In this document: positions 52,301 to 60,234 of the stretch, piece by piece
Layout: the number at the start of each line of letters is the position of its first letter
Numbering within the stretch: the stretch's first letter is position 1
Source: an uncultured Roseivirgaceae bacterium
GTDB taxonomy: Bacteria; Bacteroidota; Bacteroidia; Cytophagales; Cyclobacteriaceae
DNA length: 64,000 nt
Reading direction: 5' to 3'
Assembly (NCBI GenBank): GCA_964419145.1
Contig: CAYQOM010000002.1
Span: forward strand, 726,511-790,510
The notes under the pieces: generated by a model
Database searches by the model: none
What the model was told of the DNA's origin: nothing
The model's input: only the letters and a program-made list of their open reading frames with translations
Program-made: the position numbers and the translations under genes

Positions 52301-52530
52301 CCACTTTGCCGGATGGCAATGGATTCTATATTTTCAATAAACTGCTTCTCAACTTCCGAAGGTGGTTTGATACCCGCCTTGAGTTCAACGAATAACGTGG
52401 GATTCTTCATTTCCGGAACCAACTCAATGCCGAGTTTGTCGAATGAGATGAAACCCAATAGAATGACGGCCAAAACAAGCATCAGGATTGATACCGGGTA
52501 AGTGACCGCCAATGAGACTATCTTTTTCAC
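49345..52530 (-). CDS. RND efflux permease (AcrB/HAE-type), first of a tandem pair
   Basis: 1061 aa. The N-terminus is MKKIVSLAVTYPVSILMLVLAVILLGFISFDKLGIELVPE. The TM4 motif is SAGMLVDIAIVVVENI and the TM10 motif is GGIAVNNSIMIVDC. The two-fold repeat architecture is typical of the family. Its stop overlaps the RND::ABC start by 8 nt. Confidence 0.9.
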   Translation of the reverse strand: MKKIVSLAVTYPVSILMLVLAVILLGFISFDKLGIELVPEMKNPTLFVELKAGIKPPSEVEKQFIENIESIAIRQSGAVEVSSVSQTGYGRVTVQYDWSKDMDEAFLDLQKSLSAFSLNDEIEEFVISQFDPNAAPVMILGIYNPASNDTDALRRVAENNFRNELVKLPGIAEVRLSGELEKEVVVETDPALLAAHGLTVNDLVTKIQNYNRSVSGGFIEELGRKYVIKGLGIVSKPEDLQELVVGYTSRQNATTTSPALPSTTTTTTTNNTPALSDQVPVLLREVATIKTLDKEPTSIVRVNQQRSIGMSIYKETNYNTVNAVNELMASLEKLKTSVPGYEFVIIQNQGRFIQGAIDEVKESGLFGVFFAVLVLFLFLRRIGSTLIISVVIPISIIATFNLMYFNGLTLNVMTLGGLALSAGMLVDIAIVVVENIFRKREEGLSVMDAAIEGTSEVSGAITASTLTCIVVFLPIVYLQGPSGELFKDQAWTVAFSQFASLFVAILVIPMLFSQFFRKDKVFAKEKKVFADEKHIRFPWYRSLLEKMLGHKTAWITVSLVMIAGTALLLPIIGSEYMPQSDTRAISVDITLTNGTPLSRTSSTVGQIEGQLQQLFEGQIDKIYSHIGPQQSQSGIKNENVYNENKANLKLIFKEDIELDIAPVTAKLSAYFESIPGLEATFSNDESALYAVMGDEQMPLVIEVSGADFEKLKPLSDSVMLAMTSNKLVFDPVSNLEEGVPQIQVDIDKYRAGIFNLSIDEIITQIKDQLEGKQAGTIERGGEIQDIKIKVPGVSLAGLQNIKIKSGQREFPLTEIAQVNVQYASNSIYRKDQTRTVTIGARVNQDEPYDRVVKSIESSLSKLSVPPQYKIKVAGQEVRRQESVQNLTFALILSIILVYMVLASQFESLLHPFTILLAIPFAVVGAILAFFVLGMPLNMMGFIGIILLGGIAVNNSIMIVDCINQNKENGMPLREAILDAAERRLRPIMMTTMTTILGLLPLTLGFGESAALRAPIAIAVIGGMVTSTLLTLVIIPCYYESIENIVSRIRGKKKQKLAVSHG

Positions 52531-52548
52531 AAGAGACTTGTTTAGAAA

Positions 52549-53607
52549 TTATTGAATAACGCTGACTTTCGATTTGTTTCTCAGGGTTTCAAAACCTGCG
52601 ACCACGAGCCGGTCATTGACCTTCAGCCCGTTGGTAACTTCGATTACATCGGCATTCTCCAGTCCGGTAGTTATTTTCTTTTCAGTTGCTATACCATTTT
52701 CTACGGTAAACACCACCTTACCATCTTGACGGGAGATAATGGTTTGTTTTGGGATAACGATGGTATTGTCACGTTTCTCAGATAGAATGAATGCTTTGAT
52801 AAACATGCCAGGTCGCAACGATCGTTTTGCATTGTTTATCTCCAGCACACTTTGAAACGTTCGGGTATCCGCATTAATGGCTGGGGAGATCTGGCTGATC
52901 TTCCCATAAATGGTATCGTTCGCTACATTATAGTTAGCAATTTGAACGGTCTGGTCCATCGTTACTTCAGGCAAATGTTTCTCAGGGAGCTTTACATCCA
53001 TCAACAGTTTATCGTATTGCATGATTTTTAAAAGCATCTGCCCTTGATCGATTTTTACGCCATTCGTGTGATACGGTAATTCTACAATCACTCCATCAAA
53101 GGGAGCGCGTATGGTCATCTTAGCCTGTTGTATCTCCGCATTCTCAAACGCATACTTGGCATTGACGTATGATATCGCAGCATTTTTTAATTCGGTTTGT
53201 GTAACACCGCCTTTGTCATACAAGGACTGTTGCTTCTTTAGATTATTGTCGGCAAGCTCGAGGTTGAGTCTCTTACCTTCCGTCTGAAGGTTGTTTTCAA
53301 ATTCCTTGTCTTCCAGTCGGATCAACACTTGTCCGGCTTTAACTGCATCGCCCAACGCGAAAGGTTTTCCGGTTGATGGATTACGTTGCAGTTGGTAAAC
53401 ACCACCAATCTCGGATTTCATGGCACCTTCCTTAAAGGCATACACGGTGCCTGTAGTTTCAATGAATCGGGAGATGCTCTGTGGCTTGATGCTTATCACC
53501 GACACGGGGATCTTGATCTCCGTTTTAATGTTTGCGTCTTCCGAGTTGCAGCTTGCCAGTGCAATCAATACCAGCAGGGGAAGGATTTCTTTAATATGCT
53601 TTTTCAT
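52549..53607 (-). CDS. Efflux RND periplasmic adaptor (membrane fusion protein), lipoprotein
   Basis: 352 aa with a lipobox (LIALASC). It has a lipoyl/hairpin pattern (…AGQVLIRLEDKEFENNL…coiled coil…TIRAPFDGVIVEL…) and a C-terminal beta-barrel. Confidence 0.85.
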   Translation of the reverse strand: MKKHIKEILPLLVLIALASCNSEDANIKTEIKIPVSVISIKPQSISRFIETTGTVYAFKEGAMKSEIGGVYQLQRNPSTGKPFALGDAVKAGQVLIRLEDKEFENNLQTEGKRLNLELADNNLKKQQSLYDKGGVTQTELKNAAISYVNAKYAFENAEIQQAKMTIRAPFDGVIVELPYHTNGVKIDQGQMLLKIMQYDKLLMDVKLPEKHLPEVTMDQTVQIANYNVANDTIYGKISQISPAINADTRTFQSVLEINNAKRSLRPGMFIKAFILSEKRDNTIVIPKQTIISRQDGKVVFTVENGIATEKKITTGLENADVIEVTNGLKVNDRLVVAGFETLRNKSKVSVIQ

Positions 53608-53636
53608 TCTGTATGATGTTGGGTTCAGTTGGATGA

Positions 53637-55148
53637 TTAATTTTTAGGGATAAGCACAGGCTCTTGTGTTTCAAAATCGTAAAGGGATTGAATCTTTAGG
53701 TTGAGCAATTCAATTTTATAGTTAATCAACGCATCGGCCAGTGCGCTCTTCTTTTCCGAAAGCTGGCTTTGAAATCTATTGAGATCGATACTGGTCAGGT
53801 CGCCATTCTTGTATCGCTCAAGATTCAAGTCGTAGGTCAACGTGGCGTTCTTTACATTTTGTTGAGCGATGGTTATTTGATTTTCCAGATTTTGCAGGTT
53901 CCGGTAAATCTTCCTTATACTGATGATGATGTTATTTTTTTCTACATCCAGGTCAACTTTCCTTATCTCGAGTGAGGTGTTGGTTGCGTCCATTCGTGCC
54001 CTGTTCTCACCCCAGTCGAAGATGGGTATGCTAAAGGAAATGGCTACTCGCGGATTAACGGCAGGCGACTCATACACCATAGGCGCGCGCTCGTTATCAC
54101 CAAAAACAGCTAATGACAAGCTCACCGAACCTTTAAATTCATTCAACGCCTTCGTTCGAATTAATTCAAACTGCGATCGCTCAATGTCTATCGAACGCTG
54201 TCGCAATTCCATTCTGTTGTCCAGTCCAAACTGAAGTGCTTGGTTTAAGTCCACTTTCCGGGTAATAAAATCAATGTTCACCTCAACGGCTACTTGTTCA
54301 GTCAAGTCCATGCCGAGTAAAAGTTTGAAGTCATCGGCAGCATTATCGAGCAATACCTGATTGGTTTCCATGGTCGACTTGGATGTGGCCAGGTTGAGTT
54401 CGGCCTGATAAAGTTCTTCTTGCGCCAGCAGGTCAGCGTCTACTTTGTTCTTCGTGATTTCGTAACTGATTCTCTGATTCTCATATTCATCTTTCGAAAT
54501 CTGGAGCGTGTTCTGTCGCTGGTAAAAAGTATAAAACGACTGCGTAACGCTTTGTTCCAAGCTTAATAATTGCAATGAATTGCTGATGGTGGCATTCTCC
54601 AGGTTCAACTCCAGTTCCTTTAACTGAATCTTTGTTCGGTTGTATGTAAAGATGGGCTGGTCTAATTGAAGATATAAGTTGTTGCTGTACGTCTTGGTTC
54701 GGACATCCTGAAACTCGGAATAGTTATCTCTGTACCCAAACCGGTTGATTAACGATATGCGGCCATCGGTTGCCAAAATGGGCTGGCTCACTGAAAAATT
54801 GGCGAATGAATTATAGTCTCTGTTTGTGTTCCATAGCGAAAACAAATCGTTGAACATCCGGCTCTGGTTGAAATCGAACGGGGTAACGTCTAACGCGAAC
54901 TTTGACTTTAAAGCCGCGCGTTGAGCATCCAGGCTGCGCTGACTACCATACAGATTCAACATTGATTTTTTTATGTTTAGACTGCTCTGCTGTGCAATCT
55001 TAATCGCTTCGTTCAGCGTGAGTTTACGCTGCGCGTTCGCGCTCGTCCAGCTAAGTACGATGCATGCCAGCAAGAGAAATCCAGTTGTTAAACGCACGAA
55101 TCGTCTATTGTTCCATTTCATTGTTTTCCTTAAACCCATGTGATTCAA
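53637..55148 (-). CDS. TolC-family outer membrane efflux protein
   Basis: 503 aa with a signal peptide (…VLSWTSANAQ). The start LTLNEAIKIAQQSSLNIKKS is typical of the family. The internal duplication of long helical segments is consistent with an OEP/TolC fold. Confidence 0.8.
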   Translation of the reverse strand: MNHMGLRKTMKWNNRRFVRLTTGFLLLACIVLSWTSANAQRKLTLNEAIKIAQQSSLNIKKSMLNLYGSQRSLDAQRAALKSKFALDVTPFDFNQSRMFNDLFSLWNTNRDYNSFANFSVSQPILATDGRISLINRFGYRDNYSEFQDVRTKTYSNNLYLQLDQPIFTYNRTKIQLKELELNLENATISNSLQLLSLEQSVTQSFYTFYQRQNTLQISKDEYENQRISYEITKNKVDADLLAQEELYQAELNLATSKSTMETNQVLLDNAADDFKLLLGMDLTEQVAVEVNIDFITRKVDLNQALQFGLDNRMELRQRSIDIERSQFELIRTKALNEFKGSVSLSLAVFGDNERAPMVYESPAVNPRVAISFSIPIFDWGENRARMDATNTSLEIRKVDLDVEKNNIIISIRKIYRNLQNLENQITIAQQNVKNATLTYDLNLERYKNGDLTSIDLNRFQSQLSEKKSALADALINYKIELLNLKIQSLYDFETQEPVLIPKN

Positions 55149-55198
55149 ATTTTGAAGTTGGAGTTTGTCTTTTATTTAATGTTTTATCTATTATCTGC

Positions 55199-58100
55199 TC
55201 ATTGCTTAACCCACTTCACCGCATCCGCATACACAGTCCAGAGCTCGCACTCATCCGTCAACGAAACACTGCCACCGGTTTTATTGAAATAATACGAACC
55301 CAGATAATTCCAGCCCGGCTCTGCATTTGTGATATTGTACTTGAGGTTGTCCGTTCCATCGGCATTTTGAATGATATAGTTGTAATCGAATTGCTTGCCT
55401 TCAGCACTGCGACCCGTCCAGGTGTTTTGGTTTTTGCCGCGCATGTATACATACAAATCGTAGAAGCCAGCCTCTTTCAATTCAGCAGTCCACGTGGCGA
55501 CCTTTTCACCATTTCCCGACCTTGTGAAATGTGCCGAGCGGATAATACTACCAAAAAAATCAGATCCCGTGGTGGCCAGCCAACTCGAGTATGAGCTATC
55601 CCACTCGCCATAGTACTTCTGCTCGGTGGCTTTTCGGCTATCCATGTAGGCTTTCAACACCGTGGGCTTGATAGGACTGAAGCTGCTGAAACCGGAATCC
55701 TCATTGTCAACGATTACTTCATATTGAATCGGGACTTCTTCTTTGTCAACAACCCGTTCACCATCAAATAGAATTCCGCCCGCGCGGCTAGACAAAGTTC
55801 CCATAGATATGTTGATTACAGAGGGAATATTTCTTGAAATGATAGTATTGATAGTGAGTGAATTCGGTTTTTCATCGAGCAAAAAGCCAAGAAGCTTCGT
55901 CTCGCCTTGCTTGATTACCGAAAGTTTCCCCGGAGCTTCTTCTTCAACGTCCTCATTCACCTTGTTGTAATACTCATCATCATCCGTGTTTTGCTTGCTG
56001 TTGAACTTTACTTCCAGTACACCATCACTATCACCCGAATTTTTCACTTTCACCAGCACTTGATACCGTTTTCGGTCAACGTCTGTTACCTCATATTTCT
56101 GAATATCCAGAATTTCGAAAGCTGGTTGAGAAGTTTCTGAATACACTTCGCGGATAACCGGGTCAATATCAATTTGAAATCGCGAAAGCATCGCTTTCCG
56201 GAAATCCTGATAATCGCTTAGTTGATGTTGATGGTTGTTTACCCAATCGTATAAGAAAGTTTTGAATTGGGTTTCACCCATGGTGTTGCCCAGGTAGGAG
56301 AAGAGGTACTGGCTTTTCAGCGTTACCGCTTTGTTGATTTTGCTGAACTCTGCCTCCGTCAGGATTTTCGTCATTGAAGTAGTGTGCATCAGGTTGTTGC
56401 ATTCCTCCGTGAACGAGATTCCGTTCATGGACCGGGTATAGTCGTTCTGAACTTGTTTGTCATTTCTAAGGTAAGTGGCCATACTCCGGTTTAGCAGCGG
56501 CCAATCCCGACTCACTACACCTGAATTGAAATCATAATAAATAGGAAAGAGAGAATAGTCAGCATTGTCGAAATCCTGACCTTCATTCACCCATCTTTCT
56601 CCAATTTGTTTGGTGAAAACTTTCCGTACCAAATCGTTAAAGACATTGGCTTGTTTCTGTTTGTCTGTGAGCACTTGATTTGTTTTGGCAGCTTGCGTAT
56701 TCATGTCCAGGAGTTGCCGCCTGAAATCGAACTGCCGTATTTCACCACCTTCTTCCGGCCAGAAAACTGTTTCGGGTTGGATAAATGCCATGTGACTCTC
56801 GTATATTTTTCTGTAAGCCGTAAGCATCATGGGCACTTCAACAAACTGCATCCTTTTGAAAGGATACTTGAGTTGTTGCGCGTCTTCATATTCAGTGGCT
56901 ACATCGGTAATCAGGTAGCTGAGTGTATCGCCCAGTTGATTGAGTTGCTTCACGAAGAAATCATTCTTTGGATAATGAAATACTGAATAGGTGATGCTAT
57001 CCACTACGATCTCTTTTTTTGCATAAGCACCAATAACAAGTGAGATGTGCGGCAGCGGATATTCAGGCTTGAAGTGGTAGGTATCTCCCACGAGCACAAC
57101 TTCTCCTTGTGAAATAGGCGTTTGGCCGGCAGGAGCTTTAACCATCAATTCAAACGTGATGAAGGATTGTCTCTCTTTAGCTGCCGATTCTTTATTATAA
57201 CCAACTTCTGTGTCTGGATACCAAAGCACATCTTTGGTTAGCAATACATAATCATCCTCCAGAAAACCATACTTCTTGGGTAAGGAAAACATAAAGTGGT
57301 CATTCGCAGTTTCATAGCGTTTTTGATCAACTTCAAGATGCGCGACTGATTCCAATACCGAACCATGGTATTGAATCTGAACTTTTGTTTCAGCATCCGG
57401 TTCAAGGGCAACACCCTGGCTTATGGAAATAATTTGTAAGTCTCTTGTAAACTCGGTGGGTTTATCGTTCAGGAGTACGGCATCAACAGTAAGACCGGGA
57501 TTCAATGTGAAATAGATCGTATCAAGCCGCTCACTCGTATTATTTCTTACCCGCATGTTCGAATGGCTAACAATCTCATTGCCGACCCACTCCAATTCGA
57601 TGGTATGTGAGTTTATCTCAGCGTTTGGCTTATTTATCCACCGGCCGTTAACTGCTATCATCTCTTGCCGCATATCCATGGAGCTTTGCCGCATGTTCCA
57701 GAGATTGAACATGATAAAAGAGGATAGTAGAAGCAGCGCGGCACCCACTACAGCCGTAGCCCGATGTGAGGTCTTGTGGCCGGCCAATCGGTCCAGTAGA
57801 AATGCCGTGATGAAAAGAAACGCGATGCCTGTAATCAAATAGAATGTGCGTTGCCACAGCGCAAATTCAATATCGATGAAGCCCGTCATCTCGGAAGCCA
57901 GCATGGAAAGCCGAAACGAAGTGAAATCCAGGATGTTTGAAAACTTATCGAAATAATAAATCAACTGAACGCCAGCTAAACCAATAAGCAACACGATGGA
58001 GATCGGTTGATTTCGGATAACGGTTACCAACAGAAATGCTATACCTGTTGTAAATACAATACTGGGAACGCTCGTGAGCAACGGATAAATAAGGAAAGCC

Positions 58101-58531
58101 GTTGGGTTGATGGTAGCAAGCGGATTGGTCAGCCCCACAATCAATGGTATGCAAAGTAAAACGAGATTTAAAAGGAAGAAGAGTTTAAAGAGCGCCAATG
58201 CCTTCCCCAGAACGTAATCCAGGTTGGATATCGGTCGAACAAAAAAGACTTCATTGGTATCCAGTTTTTTATCTTTCTTCACTAACCCGGTTGCTAAAAA
58301 GATAACAGCAGCGGCCTGGGGTATGCTGATCATCAACAAGCTGGAATAGGGAAGCACCCAGCCGTTGGCCAACTCGCTCCACCGTGGCGTACCGATAGCA
58401 GAAAACACCGCTAAGTTGAAAATCGTGAGGAAGAAAATACCGGCCAAGGCAACAATCCTGAAAAACCAATTTCGCCACAACACCCTGGACTCGAATGCAG
58501 CAATCGTCAATATGTTTTTAACCGACATCAT
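55199..58531 (-). CDS. ABC-2-type permease (7 TM) fused to a large (~820 aa) periplasmic domain, possibly M1-aminopeptidase-like but lacking HExxH
   Basis: 1110 aa. The first ~290 aa contain seven hydrophobic helices, which should place the remainder outside the cytoplasm. The following region (…NSHTIELEWVGNEIVSHSNMRVRN…IYFTLNPGLTVDAV…) resembles the N-terminal beta domain of M1 peptidases. I found no HExxH anywhere in the translation. The C-terminal ~130 aa form a beta-rich module (…GFYDLYVYMRG…PGWNYLGSYYF…). The start overlaps the ATPase stop by 4 nt. Confidence 0.6.
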   Translation of the reverse strand: MMSVKNILTIAAFESRVLWRNWFFRIVALAGIFFLTIFNLAVFSAIGTPRWSELANGWVLPYSSLLMISIPQAAAVIFLATGLVKKDKKLDTNEVFFVRPISNLDYVLGKALALFKLFFLLNLVLLCIPLIVGLTNPLATINPTAFLIYPLLTSVPSIVFTTGIAFLLVTVIRNQPISIVLLIGLAGVQLIYYFDKFSNILDFTSFRLSMLASEMTGFIDIEFALWQRTFYLITGIAFLFITAFLLDRLAGHKTSHRATAVVGAALLLLSSFIMFNLWNMRQSSMDMRQEMIAVNGRWINKPNAEINSHTIELEWVGNEIVSHSNMRVRNNTSERLDTIYFTLNPGLTVDAVLLNDKPTEFTRDLQIISISQGVALEPDAETKVQIQYHGSVLESVAHLEVDQKRYETANDHFMFSLPKKYGFLEDDYVLLTKDVLWYPDTEVGYNKESAAKERQSFITFELMVKAPAGQTPISQGEVVLVGDTYHFKPEYPLPHISLVIGAYAKKEIVVDSITYSVFHYPKNDFFVKQLNQLGDTLSYLITDVATEYEDAQQLKYPFKRMQFVEVPMMLTAYRKIYESHMAFIQPETVFWPEEGGEIRQFDFRRQLLDMNTQAAKTNQVLTDKQKQANVFNDLVRKVFTKQIGERWVNEGQDFDNADYSLFPIYYDFNSGVVSRDWPLLNRSMATYLRNDKQVQNDYTRSMNGISFTEECNNLMHTTSMTKILTEAEFSKINKAVTLKSQYLFSYLGNTMGETQFKTFLYDWVNNHQHQLSDYQDFRKAMLSRFQIDIDPVIREVYSETSQPAFEILDIQKYEVTDVDRKRYQVLVKVKNSGDSDGVLEVKFNSKQNTDDDEYYNKVNEDVEEEAPGKLSVIKQGETKLLGFLLDEKPNSLTINTIISRNIPSVINISMGTLSSRAGGILFDGERVVDKEEVPIQYEVIVDNEDSGFSSFSPIKPTVLKAYMDSRKATEQKYYGEWDSSYSSWLATTGSDFFGSIIRSAHFTRSGNGEKVATWTAELKEAGFYDLYVYMRGKNQNTWTGRSAEGKQFDYNYIIQNADGTDNLKYNITNAEPGWNYLGSYYFNKTGGSVSLTDECELWTVYADAVKWVKQ

Positions 58532-59418
58532 ACCAGCGACACGCCAAATTCATTCTCCATGAAATATACATATGCGTGTTCCAGGTTTGGATTGGCTGCT
58601 TGCGCAACAGGATGGGGCCTTTCATGGGCAATCACCTGCACTTCCCAATTTCCTTCAACCGGAATGGTTGACACCACCGGATACTTTGCTTTGAGTGTAT
58701 CAAACTCTTCATCGTTCAATAATACCTGCCACACATGGCCCCGCACCCGGTCAATCATGCCTTCGGGCGAGCCTTTGAAAGCCACCTCACCTTTGTTAAG
58801 CATCGCCATGTTATGGCATGTACTGGAGATGTCGCCTACAATGTGTGTGGAGAGTATAATCGTAACGTCTTTCTGACTGAGATCGGAAAGGATGTTACGA
58901 AAGCGAATGCGCTCCTCCGGATCAAGACCGGTGGTGGGCTCATCAATCACCAACAAGCGTGGTTCACCAATGAGTGCCTGCGCAATCCCAAGCCTTCGTT
59001 TCATTCCACCAGAAAGTTTGTTGGCCATTCGATCACGCACATCCAGTAAACCCACCTGATCCAATAATTTATCAACTTTGGCGATTCGCTCTTTTCTTTT
59101 CAATGATGTGGCGAGTTGCGCGGCATAATCCAAAAACTCCCACGTTTTTAGTTTGGAAAAAAAGGTGAAGTCCTGAGGCAGATAACCCACCAGTCGCCTG
59201 ATTTCATGACGGTTTGTATTGATGTCCATGCCATCCATCAGCACTGTTCCCGAAGTTGCTTTCTGGGCCGTAACCAGTATCCGCATAAAGCTTGACTTCC
59301 CCGCTCCGTTTGGCCCGAGCAGCCCAAACATACCGCTCCCGATTTGCAGGTTGATATTCTTAATGGCAGCATGGCCATTGGGGTAAATTTTAGAAAGCCC
59401 GGATATCTCAATATTCAT
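58528..59418 (-). CDS. ABC transporter ATP-binding protein (ABC-2/DrrA-like) with a C-terminal ~75-aa extension
   Basis: 296 aa with Walker A GPNGAGKS, Q-loop GYLPQ, signature LSGGMKRR, Walker B LLVIDEPTTGLD and H-loop LSTHI. It is clearly paralogous to the NBD fused to RND-2. Confidence 0.92.
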   Translation of the reverse strand: MNIEISGLSKIYPNGHAAIKNINLQIGSGMFGLLGPNGAGKSSFMRILVTAQKATSGTVLMDGMDINTNRHEIRRLVGYLPQDFTFFSKLKTWEFLDYAAQLATSLKRKERIAKVDKLLDQVGLLDVRDRMANKLSGGMKRRLGIAQALIGEPRLLVIDEPTTGLDPEERIRFRNILSDLSQKDVTIILSTHIVGDISSTCHNMAMLNKGEVAFKGSPEGMIDRVRGHVWQVLLNDEEFDTLKAKYPVVSTIPVEGNWEVQVIAHERPHPVAQAANPNLEHAYVYFMENEFGVSLV

Positions 59419-59544
59419 GAAGTGGTGATTTCATATTGTTCGAATTGAGAATTGTATGGATGATTGAAAGCGCTCACAAAAGACTACGTTACAGAGAAGA
59501 AGATTTTGCTGATGCTTTGTTACAAATGCCCTTGATATTTAAAG

Positions 59545-60234
59545 CTAATACGATAACAATCGGCTGCTTTTGTCCTTCTTTAAGTGAATCTCTCCAATAT
59601 CACTCAGGCTCAAGGAAGCACTGTTTTTCATAGAACCTTGTAAGATGCCGACAGGGGAGAGGATGTTTACTCGTGATCGTTCAATCTGTGCTGATAAGGT
59701 ATCGAGCGTGGTGCCCGACACATCTAAATAAGACTGATCAAGGTCAACTTCCATTTTGGTTAGTTGACTATCCGTTACCCAGAGGCTTGCCGACTTTTGT
59801 GAAAGGTATAACCGATTTTGCTGTAGCCCATTCACGGTAGCATTAGCAGTGTTAATGGTAATTCCTTTCAGTTGTGACTGAGGTACGAATACAGCTATTT
59901 TGACTTTAGCATTTTCTTCATGAAAATCTGAGAGGGTAAGCGTATCACCAGAAACTGAATACTTTAATTTTGCTAGCCAGTTGCCCGTAAAACTGCGCAC
60001 CTCCAATCGCGGGCGATCCGATTCGATTACCTGCACATTTTTTTCTACGTCCTTTATAATGAGATGCGAAATGGCTGTGAGTTCCACCGTTTCGGCTATG
60101 CTGTTAGTATCATCAATAACGCTGGGTACGCCATTCAGCCTCAACTCAGCGAATGCCGCAGTTAGGTAAAGAAAGATGAATCCCAAAAATCCGATAAGTA
60201 TTTTATTGCTGAGTTTCATATTAGTTCCATTCAA
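59545..60234 (-). CDS. Membrane-anchored beta-rich protein (hypothetical; DUF2807/GIN-like?)
   Basis: 229 aa with an N-terminal TM helix (ILIGFLGFIFLYLTAAFA) followed by repetitive short beta-strand segments. The start overlaps the GntR stop by 4 nt. The family guess is weak. Confidence 0.4.
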   Translation of the reverse strand: MNGTNMKLSNKILIGFLGFIFLYLTAAFAELRLNGVPSVIDDTNSIAETVELTAISHLIIKDVEKNVQVIESDRPRLEVRSFTGNWLAKLKYSVSGDTLTLSDFHEENAKVKIAVFVPQSQLKGITINTANATVNGLQQNRLYLSQKSASLWVTDSQLTKMEVDLDQSYLDVSGTTLDTLSAQIERSRVNILSPVGILQGSMKNSASLSLSDIGEIHLKKDKSSRLLSY

